In this document: positions 1 through 7,776 of the stretch, piece after piece
How the letters are laid out: the number at the start of each line of letters is the position of its first letter
How positions within the stretch are numbered: the stretch's first letter is position 1
Source: an uncultured bacterium
GTDB lineage: Bacteria > Patescibacteriota > Minisyncoccia > Phycocordibacterales > UBA9973
NCBI GenBank assembly: GCA_903888625.1
Contig: CAISUD010000039.1
Coordinates: 1 to 43,290, forward strand
DNA length: 43,290 nt
Reading direction: 5' to 3'
The notes under the pieces: model-generated
What the model saw: only the letters and a program-made list of their open reading frames with translations
Told to the model about the DNA's origin: nothing
The model's database searches: none
Made by a program: the position numbers and the translations under genes

Positions 1-116
1 CAGGAGTTAGCACACCGCTTCCAAGCAATCCGTTGGGGCAGTCATTCATGCCGGTGAGGCAATGTTGGCCATATTGCGCGGACAGATAATTAAACAGTTC
101 TACCGTGGCCGGATTA

Positions 117-128
117 TTAGCTAGTTAG
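117..128. other. Probable artificial six-frame stop linker / contig junction (TTAGCTAGTTAG)
   Basis: The 12-mer has stops in all three frames on both strands. Bases 1-116 are visibly more GC-rich than the rest, and a minus-strand ORF starting at 166 stops here after 13 codons. Confidence 0.55.
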
Positions 129-205
129 TGTTCGGTTTCGGGGGTGGCTGTAGTTTCCAGATTCATGTATTTATTATACTACATATTTTATGCTATGCTA
201 GTTTT

Positions 206-1123
206 ATGCAAAAACCAAAGGTAATCGTCATATTGGGTCAAACGGCTACTGGAAAGAGTGATTTGGCTGTTAAAATTGCCCTTCGACTACGCTCAGGACA
301 AGCTCAAAAATATGGTGGTGAGGTCATTTCTGCTGATTCTAGACAAGTATATAGAGGGCTTGATTTGGGTACCGGTAAAATTACCAAAAAAGAAATGAAG
401 GGCGTTCCTCATTACTTACTTGATATCGCCAATCCGAAAAAACAATTCACCGCTTTTGAATATCAAAAAAAAGCAATCTACGCCATGGCTGAGATTATAA
501 AAAGATGCAAAGTCCCGATAATTTGCGGAGGCACAGGTTTTTACATTGACGCAGTTGTGAATGGAACAATTTTCCCAGAAGTCCCACCAAGTTTAAAATT
601 AAGAAAAAGTTTAGCAAAAAAAACAAAAGAAGAACTTTTTGAAATATTAAAAAAATTAGACAAAAATCGAGCGAGAGATATTAAAAATAAAAATGAACAA
701 AATAATAAAGTCCGGCTTATTCGCGCTATCGAAATTGCAAAAACTCTTGGCAAGGTTCCACCCCATAGGTCTTGCCTATGTGGTAATTATAAATTTGTAA
801 AAATTGGTTTATATTTGCCAGACGAAATTTTAAAACAAAAAATTGAAAAAAGATTACTATCGAGAATTAAAAAGGGAATGCTGGCTGAAATAAAAAATCT
901 ACATAAAAATGGACTTTCTTGGAAACGAATGGAAGAACTTGGTTTAGAATATCGCTATATTTCGCAATATTTACAAAATCAAATAACTAAACAAGAGATG
1001 TTGAAAAAATTGAATTCAGAAATTTTCAAATACGCTAAGCGTCAAATGACTTGGTTTAAACGTGACAAGGAAATAAAATGGTTTGATGTCTCTAAAAAAA
1101 TAAATCTAGCAAAAATTATTTAA
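206..1123 (+). CDS. miaA: tRNA dimethylallyltransferase
   Basis: P-loop GQTATGKS, ISADSRQVYRGLDLGTGK, GGTGFY, YAKRQMTWF. Start moved from 128 to ATG 206 (MQKPKVIVILG), which follows TGCTATGCT + 6 nt. Confidence 0.95.
   Translation: MQKPKVIVILGQTATGKSDLAVKIALRLRSGQAQKYGGEVISADSRQVYRGLDLGTGKITKKEMKGVPHYLLDIANPKKQFTAFEYQKKAIYAMAEIIKRCKVPIICGGTGFYIDAVVNGTIFPEVPPSLKLRKSLAKKTKEELFEILKKLDKNRARDIKNKNEQNNKVRLIRAIEIAKTLGKVPPHRSCLCGNYKFVKIGLYLPDEILKQKIEKRLLSRIKKGMLAEIKNLHKNGLSWKRMEELGLEYRYISQYLQNQITKQEMLKKLNSEIFKYAKRQMTWFKRDKEIKWFDVSKKINLAKII
278..303 (+). repeat. REP-like element inside miaA (GCCCTTCGACTACGCTCAGGACAAGC; encodes LRLRSGQA)
   Basis: GC-rich patch in an AT-rich gene; 18/22 identity to the hairpin at 15789-15810 read on the minus strand. 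Confidence 0.65.
760..784. repeat. RAYT-type palindrome inside miaA (CATAGG-TCTTG-CCTATG; encodes HRSCLC)
   Basis: Same TAGG-TCTTG-CCTA core as the palindrome at 29473-29501 flanking the transposase. Confidence 0.8.
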
Positions 1124-1647
1124 TCGTCTCCCCCCACGTCATCACCACTAGTTGCCGGCGGAGTTACCGTGTTAGTTTTTTGAGTATTTTGTTGTAAAGT
1201 AGTTTTTGGAATTGATTGGTCAAAATTACCTATATAATATTGTGCGAGTAAACTATCTGCATACGATGAGTGCCCTCTACCTCGTCCACCTTTTGTATCG
1301 TAAGCTGAGGTTGCCTCTTTACCACAATAATTGGTAATCGTCCCTACCCCTCCTGGATGGCTATTTATGAAAGAAGTTAAATTATAAACTTTATTATTTA
1401 TCAAAAGCCAGCAATCTGCAACAGAATTGTGTTTACTAATTTCTGTCATATTTAATACTTGTGAACTAGAACCTGCACTTTTAACTGGGTTATTTTTATT
1501 GCCAGAAATAGGAGAAGAAAAAGAATTATTTACACCAGCAGGTAAGGTAATTTGATTCTTACTTTGGTAAAACAATAAGCCGGCTACTAAAATAGCTACA
1601 ATGATTGCAAAAAATATAAATAAAAATATAGCAATTGTTTTTTTCAT
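1120..1647 (-). CDS. Membrane-anchored cytochrome b5-like heme-binding protein
   Basis: N-terminal TM helix; HNSVADCWLLINNKVYNLT...HPGG and a second His in GHSSYA, typical of the cytochrome b5 fold. Confidence 0.85.
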   Translation of the reverse strand: MKKTIAIFLFIFFAIIVAILVAGLLFYQSKNQITLPAGVNNSFSSPISGNKNNPVKSAGSSSQVLNMTEISKHNSVADCWLLINNKVYNLTSFINSHPGGVGTITNYCGKEATSAYDTKGGRGRGHSSYADSLLAQYYIGNFDQSIPKTTLQQNTQKTNTVTPPATSGDDVGGDD

Positions 1648-1648
1648 A

Positions 1649-2941
1649 TTAATAAGTAAATTCTTCAGAATGGATACTTTTGTCAGGGATACCCCTAGCT
1701 AATAATAATGACCTTACACTTTTCATCATACCACTAGGACCACAAATAAAGAAATCTTTCTTTAAAATATCTCCACTCCAATGTTCTATAGTATTGATAT
1801 TAAGCCTACCATTTACATCGGAATAAACAGGAATTAATTTAAAATTATTGTTCTCAAAAGATATTTTTTTGAATTCATCGTAATAAATTACTTCATTTTT
1901 ATTATTAACACAATAATATAAATCAATCTTGTAATTTTTTTCTCGCAACGATTTAGCCATACTCAGAAATGGAGTAATTCCAATTCCACCTGCAATCCAA
2001 ACTTGATTTTTATTAGAAGAATTTAAATATGAAAAAATACCAAAAGGACCTTCGATCTTGACCTTAGCACCGACTTTAAGATTTTGCAATTTTTTAGTAT
2101 AGGTGCCAAGTGACTTAACAATGATAGCTAGCTTAGTATCACGCTCGGCTGAACTGATTGAAAAGGGATGAATCTCTCGTCCAACACCACCTCTCCTAAA
2201 ACTAATAAAAATAAATTGTCCAGCAGAAAATTTTAATTTTTCATTTTTAGCAGACATCACAATTTCTACAACTTCTTCATTTAATCTATGAACAACTGAA
2301 ACAATATAATTGAATTTATAAATAAAAATATTTCCAAATAGTGTTCGATATGAAAATGCTAAAATTGTTACGAACACTAAAAATGCCATATAAATTTTAA
2401 GTGGCAAATATAAAGACACATCACTTGGAATTAAAAAGGTATGTAAAATACCAAAAAATAAAACTATCCCTAGAAATTTATGAGTAATTTTCCAGGTCTT
2501 GTAAGGAAATTTTATAAAGAAGGTAAAAATTAAGAGTAAAATTAAAAACAAAAGGGCAATTGTCCCAAAAGCGACAGCTCCCCCACTTGTCATCGGTAAT
2601 AAAAACATCGCCGCACTATACAATGATAATTTAATATATTTCAAAACTAAAACAATTGGGTGGACTAACAAAAAAAGTAAAGCAAGGCCTCCTAAAAAAT
2701 GGTGCCAAAAATAAATTTTATTTAAACCACCGAAATATTTTTCTAAAAATTTAAATCGTCCAGATAAAATAATTGTAACTAAAAGTAAATTCATTCCTAC
2801 TAAACCAGAAATTTCTCCTAAGCTTGTAGTCGTTGTATTAAAATCAAAAAATCTTTCAACCAATGGCATTCGTAAATACCATAAAAAAATTGAAAAAATA
2901 ACTAAAAGAAAAATAATTGTAACACCTAAATATTTCTTCAT
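1649..2941 (-). CDS. Ferric reductase-like transmembrane oxidoreductase with FAD and NAD(P)H-binding domains
   Basis: Multi-TM N-terminus with His pairs (WHH..VHP, THK..LHT); HPFSISS, IEGPFG, IAGGIGITPF, ICGP, terminal HSEEF. Confidence 0.85.
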   Translation of the reverse strand: MKKYLGVTIIFLLVIFSIFLWYLRMPLVERFFDFNTTTTSLGEISGLVGMNLLLVTIILSGRFKFLEKYFGGLNKIYFWHHFLGGLALLFLLVHPIVLVLKYIKLSLYSAAMFLLPMTSGGAVAFGTIALLFLILLLIFTFFIKFPYKTWKITHKFLGIVLFFGILHTFLIPSDVSLYLPLKIYMAFLVFVTILAFSYRTLFGNIFIYKFNYIVSVVHRLNEEVVEIVMSAKNEKLKFSAGQFIFISFRRGGVGREIHPFSISSAERDTKLAIIVKSLGTYTKKLQNLKVGAKVKIEGPFGIFSYLNSSNKNQVWIAGGIGITPFLSMAKSLREKNYKIDLYYCVNNKNEVIYYDEFKKISFENNNFKLIPVYSDVNGRLNINTIEHWSGDILKKDFFICGPSGMMKSVRSLLLARGIPDKSIHSEEFTY

Positions 2942-2961
2942 ATCTAAATACTATAACATAT

Positions 2962-3633
2962 TTAATCTATGATAAAAGGATTAAAATTGGTCCCTATATC
3001 ATAATAGTCTTCATGCTCTTTTTTTTTTAGAAAACTGACTACTCTATAAGTAAGTGGGGTAAATAAAACTTCTACGCAAGTTTTAAAAATATAATTTGAG
3101 ATTATTAAAGTGATCAATAATGAATTTGGAAAAACTCCAAAAAAGGCTATTAAAATAAAAAGAATACTATCTATAAATTCTCCAATAATCGTCGAGCCAA
3201 TAGTTCGCGTCCAAAGCATTTTACCCTTTGTCCAGATTTTCATCTTGGCTAAAATAAATGAATTAGAAAATTCTCCACAAGTATAAGCAATCAAACTTGC
3301 TATCACAATCCGAGGAGTTAGCCCCAGGATTGCATCATAAGCAGATTGATTATTCCAGCCTGGGGCGCCTGGCAATTTACCGACAATAATAAAAATTAAA
3401 GACATCATTAAGGCCGAAAAAAATCCTAGCCAAATAACATGCCGAGATTTTTTATAACCATATACTTCAGTTAAGATATCTCCAAAAATATAACTCAAAG
3501 GAAAAAGCAAGGTTCCACCGTCAAAAGTAAACCATTTAAAATCAACAATTTTGCTAGAAGCTACATTGGAAATGAGTAATACTGAAACAAAAAACACACT
3601 AATGCTCCCTAAATATTTGTAACTTTTTTGCAT
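2962..3633 (-). CDS. yhhQ: Queuosine precursor transporter (YhhQ/VUT family)
   Basis: SNVASSK, GGTLLFPLSYIFGDILTEVYG, RIVIASLIAY, RTIGSTIIGEFIDS motifs; polytopic membrane protein. Confidence 0.85.
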   Translation of the reverse strand: MQKSYKYLGSISVFFVSVLLISNVASSKIVDFKWFTFDGGTLLFPLSYIFGDILTEVYGYKKSRHVIWLGFFSALMMSLIFIIVGKLPGAPGWNNQSAYDAILGLTPRIVIASLIAYTCGEFSNSFILAKMKIWTKGKMLWTRTIGSTIIGEFIDSILFILIAFFGVFPNSLLITLIISNYIFKTCVEVLFTPLTYRVVSFLKKKEHEDYYDIGTNFNPFIID

Positions 3634-3649
3634 TTTTTTATTTTAACAT

Positions 3650-3675
3650 AAACCACTCGCTTGCACGAGTGGTTT
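3650..3675. terminator. Intrinsic terminator-like hairpin
   Basis: AAACCACTCG-CTTGCA-CGAGTGGTTT, just past the stop of the 3718-5118 gene. Confidence 0.65.
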
Positions 3676-3717
3676 TTTATTTTCTTATTTAATTTTTAGG
3701 TGATTATTTTTTAAAAT

Positions 3718-5118
3718 TTAATTATCACCCTTCCCATTATTGTTGTTATGATTCCCATTTACTTGATGATTACCTACGGTTCCACCATGACTGTTATCAT
3801 TATTGGTTGTAGAACTATTTCCAGAATTATCATTCCCATTCTGATTATTGTTGCCTACAGTTGAATTTGAATCTTCACTCGTAGTGCTAGTACTACTACC
3901 ACCGCCTTGATTGCCAGAGGTGAAATTTCCATTGTCATCATTATTTCCTATTGCTTCGCTTCCTTCATTCTCATTTTGATCATCTCCTTTACCAATATTT
4001 TGTCCAGTGCCAACATATACTCTTGCAACTGCGACAACTGTGGTGCTTCCACTAGTTGAAACTGCAACTATGTAAGCTGTACCATTAGCAACACCAGTTA
4101 CAAGTCCCGAGCTACTAACTGTAGCAGTTGTAGAATTGGTTGAATAAAACATTGTTGTAGCGCCAGTAAAGCTTGCTCCGTTTTGATCCATTGGACTTGC
4201 TGTCAATTGAGTTGTTCCTGCAATTGCAATTTGATTCGTTGCTGGAGTTAATGTTAGGCTAGTCAACATTGCAGTTGAAGTTGTTGTTGGATATATTGTT
4301 GTCGGATCACCTGTTAGATTTGTGTTTTCAGCTGTTACTACCGTGCTATCTGCAAGTTTAACAGTAGCTACGACTCTCGTAGCTGGCATACTTTGACCAT
4401 ATTGTGTTTCTCGTACATTTGTCCAATATCCATCGGTAGCATAATTAAATGTTCCAGAAACATCAAACGGAGAAGAAATGTCTGCTCCAGTTAAAGTTGC
4501 TCCAACTTTTGAGGTTGCTGTATTGGTCTGCAAAAGAGTTGTACCTGAATATAATTGCACAACAACAGATTGAACTCCAGCAAAAGTTGCATTAGTCAAA
4601 CCGAATCCAGCTGTATATCCTTTCAAGATACCTAGACCTGTATCGTAGTTTACTACACCGAAATCTTGAGCGGCTAGGCTTTCAGAAGTACTTGTTATTG
4701 CAGTTGCTTTACCGCTAGTAGTATGCCATTCAAATGGTGCTGTGCCACTCATCGTGCCATCTGCTGCGATTGTTCCGACTAAGGTTGCTGAGTACCCAGA
4801 ATTATATGGCCCAGTATATGTTGTGGTCAAAGTAATATTGTCTCCAGTGACTTGACCAGTGATAGTTTCTGGAGTTTGCCCAGTTGCTGTATATGGCATA
4901 CTGCCTGCAGGATATCCTCCTGTCCCGACGAATGTTCCATCAGTATTTTGACTTGTAATTACCAAATCATGCGAATAGATTCCTGATGCCATCCATTGAT
5001 ATGTCCCCACTGCATTCCAGTTTGGTAGTGCTGCTGCTCGGGCTGGCAAGGCTAAACCTACACTCAAAGGTATGATTAGTAACACCAACAAAGCTAATTT
5101 CATAATATTTTTTTTCAT
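3718..5118 (-). CDS. Secreted/surface T/G/S-rich protein with Ig-like (Big_2-type) domain and N/G/D-rich tail
   Basis: Signal peptide (…PARA-A); LTSLTLTP…TQLTA…STNSTTATVSSSGLVTGVANGTAYIVA matches the Big_2 pattern; low-complexity C-terminus. Confidence 0.7.
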   Translation of the reverse strand: MKKNIMKLALLVLLIIPLSVGLALPARAAALPNWNAVGTYQWMASGIYSHDLVITSQNTDGTFVGTGGYPAGSMPYTATGQTPETITGQVTGDNITLTTTYTGPYNSGYSATLVGTIAADGTMSGTAPFEWHTTSGKATAITSTSESLAAQDFGVVNYDTGLGILKGYTAGFGLTNATFAGVQSVVVQLYSGTTLLQTNTATSKVGATLTGADISSPFDVSGTFNYATDGYWTNVRETQYGQSMPATRVVATVKLADSTVVTAENTNLTGDPTTIYPTTTSTAMLTSLTLTPATNQIAIAGTTQLTASPMDQNGASFTGATTMFYSTNSTTATVSSSGLVTGVANGTAYIVAVSTSGSTTVVAVARVYVGTGQNIGKGDDQNENEGSEAIGNNDDNGNFTSGNQGGGSSTSTTSEDSNSTVGNNNQNGNDNSGNSSTTNNDNSHGGTVGNHQVNGNHNNNNGKGDN

Positions 5119-5333
5119 GTTTTTTATGATTAAAATTATAATAATTTTGTGTTAGCTAGTAATTCTCATAGATATTTCATTTTTTCGACTAGGAAAATAA
5201 AACAAAAATGAGAGTAGGTATATTAAGTCTTCGTAGGACTGGCACAAACAACTTAATATATAAGTAACTTCACTGTATACCATAAAGGTTAAAATTAGAT
5301 TAAAATATATATAAAAAAAGCCACAAGATATAG

Positions 5334-5753
5334 CTATGAAACTATATCTTGTGGCGAAATTTCTTTTGCTAATTTTTCGGCATTTTTTAATGAACCAAAA
5401 TGCCTAACAAATGTGCTATAACCAGCACATTTTATTCCATTATTTTTTATTATTCTTGCGAAATTACTTTCCGCAGGAATAATGCCAATTTTTTCTTTTA
5501 TCAGAACTATCTGTTCTAATAAAATTTTATCTGAGGTGGTTCTTCTTCCACCTGTGTTAACTTCTTCCTCCATTCCAGCAAACTTCAAAGCTTTTAGGAA
5601 AGAGCCACCACCCAACCTGTTGGCTATGGTTACAGAGCAGGCACATATGCCTTTTTGGGACTCGGAGTCTATCCCATTCCAGCATGGATTTTTTTTATAT
5701 TTTTTTTTATACTCGACAAGTTGTTGTACGAGTTGTTCGTTTGTGTACCTCAT
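5334..5753 (-). CDS. Protein of two homing-endonuclease-associated (HNH-repeat-like) units, no nuclease domain
   Basis: Two repeats: YTNEQLVQQL…NP…RLGGGSFLKALKFAG and SDKILLEQI…IP…YSTFVRHFGSLKNA. Confidence 0.6.
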   Translation of the reverse strand: MRYTNEQLVQQLVEYKKKYKKNPCWNGIDSESQKGICACSVTIANRLGGGSFLKALKFAGMEEEVNTGGRRTTSDKILLEQIVLIKEKIGIIPAESNFARIIKNNGIKCAGYSTFVRHFGSLKNAEKLAKEISPQDIVS

Positions 5754-5769
5754 TGTCTTTGGTTTTTAA

Positions 5770-5863
5770 ATTGGTTACCAGAAAAGACATAAACATAAAT
5801 CTGCTCTGGTAACCAATAAAACCTTTTGTCAAAAGACTATCATTCAGATATGACAATAACATA
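5770..5863 (-). promoter_or_regulatory. Structured 5' leader, copy A (small hairpin, boxA-like motif, long hairpin)
   Basis: 37-nt motif at 5827-5863 recurs at 7127-7163; 13-bp stem ATTGGTTACCAGA/TCTGGTAACCAAT at 5770-5817. Confidence 0.55.
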
Positions 5864-5938
5864 CTATAACAAAAAAATCAAGCCTAAAAATTTTGCTTAT
5901 AAATTCGAAATATTGATAAGTATAACAAATCATAATAT

Positions 5939-5970
5939 AAAAAAATAGCTGATAAAAATCTTATCAGCTA
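5939..5970 (-). terminator. Intrinsic terminator
   Basis: TAGCTGATAA/TTATCAGCTA 10-bp stem followed by a T7 run on the minus strand, 16 nt after the stop at 5987. Confidence 0.75.
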
Positions 5971-5986
5971 AATGAGTAGTTTTATT

Positions 5987-6502
5987 TTAAGGAATACTCT
6001 TTCCCTGGTATAGGGGGTTGTGTAATGGTTTTTTGTTCCATTTGATGACACCCCTTTCAATAGCTTTGTGCCCCTCTTTTTTATAACGCACTGGAAATAA
6101 TAAATATCTATATCCAAGTGGTTTTCTTACCTCAGTGATATTATTTATTAGCCCAATAAGTCGTGCATTCAAATAATAATTTAAGGTCTGAAAAGCTGGA
6201 TCACAATAACCAGGTTGCGGATTAGTAGTAGGATACAATCTAACTATGTCCACAAGAGATAAGTTAGTATTTACTTCAACTAATTTGAAACTATCTGTTT
6301 GTGCGATTACCTTATTAGGTAAAAAATTCATAACAGTTAGTCCACTTTCCACCGCTCCGTATGCAAACACTCTTATAAAAGATTGTGCATATGAGTCTAA
6401 AGAAAGTTCATTTGGTAAAAATTGGTCTCCACTATAAAGGTAACCTTTGAAAGCCATCAAAAAATAAACAACGTAAAGAAAAAATATAATTTTCTTTTTC
6501 AT
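5987..6502 (-). CDS. Hypothetical exported protein
   Basis: Open frame; MKKKIIFF… signal-like N-terminus (start placed at 6502); no family recognised. Confidence 0.6.
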   Translation of the reverse strand: MKKKIIFFLYVVYFLMAFKGYLYSGDQFLPNELSLDSYAQSFIRVFAYGAVESGLTVMNFLPNKVIAQTDSFKLVEVNTNLSLVDIVRLYPTTNPQPGYCDPAFQTLNYYLNARLIGLINNITEVRKPLGYRYLLFPVRYKKEGHKAIERGVIKWNKKPLHNPLYQGKSIP

Positions 6503-6528
6503 AAAATATAAATTTAGTGTCATTATAA

Positions 6529-7041
6529 TTATTCTTGTATCACGTCATACCAAATCATGACGTATCCCTGGTCCAGGAATTCCTGTGCAGGAATTTTTAT
6601 GCTTCTACCTGAAATTTTATTTTTCAGGGTAAAGTAATTTGTCGTATCGGTTAAGACACCTGGGTCAGCTACGAAGTCAGAAAAATTATGATCTGCTTTG
6701 GCTTTTAGAACATACCCCGCGTATGTATTTTCTGTAATTAAACACATATATGCTGCCTTTTCCCCGCCAGCAAAATATATATTCCCAGAATCGTGCTGGG
6801 TAAAAACTATTTCATAATAGTTTGAGTTTTTACACCCCAACTTTATAAAATATTGACCTGCCCAACAAACCACGTTGCTGGAATCAATATTGTTTATTGC
6901 GATAACCGACGTATCTGCCAAATTGTACTTCAATCTGAATGGCAATACTTGAGTTGTTGGTTGGTCCTCAATCATGTTATTTTTTTGACAAGAGACCATT
7001 AAGATTACGATTGCAATTACTGCAATAATTGATTTTTTCAT
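6529..7041 (-). CDS. Hypothetical lipoprotein
   Basis: MKKSIIAVIAIVILMVS-CQK signal peptide with lipobox Cys. Confidence 0.7.
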   Translation of the reverse strand: MKKSIIAVIAIVILMVSCQKNNMIEDQPTTQVLPFRLKYNLADTSVIAINNIDSSNVVCWAGQYFIKLGCKNSNYYEIVFTQHDSGNIYFAGGEKAAYMCLITENTYAGYVLKAKADHNFSDFVADPGVLTDTTNYFTLKNKISGRSIKIPAQEFLDQGYVMIWYDVIQE

Positions 7042-7060
7042 AGTTATTCTAGTTTTAATT

Positions 7061-7163
7061 TATAAATAGGTTCCTCAAATCCCTTTAAAGAAACTTGAAG
7101 AACCTATCTATATAACCAAAAACACATGTCAAAGAAACTATCATTTGCTATGACAATAACATA
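7061..7163 (-). promoter_or_regulatory. Structured 5' leader, copy B
   Basis: Second copy of the 37-nt motif at 7127-7163, plus a long hairpin at 7061-7112 whose plus-strand A/C mismatches become G-U pairs on the minus strand. Confidence 0.55.
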
Positions 7164-7185
7164 ATTAAATCTATTTGTAAACTAG

Positions 7186-7256
7186 CGGGCGATGAGGGAA
7201 TCGAACCCCCGCCAAAGGTTTTGGAGACCTTCGTTCTACCACTAAACTAATCGCCC
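7186..7256 (-). tRNA. tRNA-Trp (CCA)
   Basis: Cloverleaf: acceptor GGGCGAT/ATCGCCC, D-arm with TGGTA, anticodon arm AAGGT-CTCCAAA-ACCTT, T-loop TTCGATT, discriminator G. It is followed by CTA, not CCA. Confidence 0.95.
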
Positions 7257-7257
7257 A

Positions 7258-7386
7258 TATTCCGACCCGAAGATCGGAATAATGAAACGTGGAATTAAAA
7301 ATTAACACGTTTCCAAAGATTTATCTCGAAGGATAAACCAATAAAAAGAACATGCAGTAAACATTTACTGCACGAGTATTATATCA
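7258..7386 (-). promoter_or_regulatory. Extended -10 promoter (TGATATAAT, 7378-7386) and four-hairpin leader ahead of tRNA-Trp
   Basis: Hairpins at 7353-7372, 7318-7339, 7284-7313 and 7258-7281; the last has a cUUCGg tetraloop on the minus strand. Confidence 0.55.
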
Positions 7387-7416
7387 TAAAAAAGTTAGTT
7401 TAAAAAATTTAAAGAA

Positions 7417-7575
7417 TTATTTTTTAACTTCTTTATGCTTGGTGATTTTCTTACACCATTTGCAATACTTTTTGAGCTCGATTTTTTTAGTAACGAGTTT
7501 TTTATTTTTACTTGACCAGTAGTTTATCCTTTTGCAGGTACCGCAAGCAAGTTTTATAAGTCTATCTTGTGACAT
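7417..7575 (-). CDS. rpmG: 50S ribosomal protein L33, zinc-binding form (not in ORF track)
   Basis: Manual translation: MSQDRLIKLACGTCKRINYWSSKNKKLVTKKIELKKYCKWCKKITKHKEVKK (52 aa, two CxxC, ELKKYC…HKE motif). Confidence 0.95.
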   Translation of the reverse strand: MSQDRLIKLACGTCKRINYWSSKNKKLVTKKIELKKYCKWCKKITKHKEVKK

Positions 7576-7629
7576 AATGCTAGGATACTATAAAACAGCT
7601 AAAATTGCAAGAAATGCTATAATTTTATT

Positions 7630-7770
7630 ATGGATAATGATAAAGAAAATCTAGATGAAAATCGAACAAATAATCAAAATAACACTAGTGCAAGTAACAA
7701 TAAAAATGAAGGCACTGGAGATTATGATGATCAAGATGAAAAGAAAGATGAAGACAATGATGAAAATTAA
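7630..7770 (+). CDS. Small acidic D/E/N-rich protein (46 aa, not in ORF track)
   Basis: MDNDKENLDENRTNNQNNTSASNNKNEGTGDYDDQDEKKDEDNDEN; preceded by TGCTATAAT + 6 nt, like many real genes here; fills the intergenic gap. Confidence 0.55.
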   Translation: MDNDKENLDENRTNNQNNTSASNNKNEGTGDYDDQDEKKDEDNDEN

Positions 7771-7776
7771 GCTCTT

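Noticed and set aside
128-205. N-terminal extension of MiaA in the ORF track
   Set aside because: It precedes the conserved start, overlaps divergent promoters and begins at the suspected linker. ATG 206 fits the local promoter rule.
3634-3717. preQ1 riboswitch upstream of yhhQ
   Set aside because: The gene appears leaderless (-10 box 6 nt before the ATG) and no preQ1 consensus is visible; the hairpin looks like a terminator.
5150-5285. Possible riboswitch in the 5' region of the surface-protein gene (TATATTAAGT…ACTTAATATA stem)
   Set aside because: A single AT-rich stem with no match to riboswitch consensus sequences I can recognise; it would need an Rfam search.
7153-7183. dif/XerD-like TTATGTTA next to the tRNA 3' end
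   Set aside because: Only 8/11 of the XerD arm matches, the XerC arm is unconvincing, and the second copy at about 5855 is weaker. A leader motif explains it better.
5334-7186. Integrative element or prophage at tRNA-Trp
   Set aside because: No integrase, no phage genes and no duplicated tRNA 3' end were found in the window.
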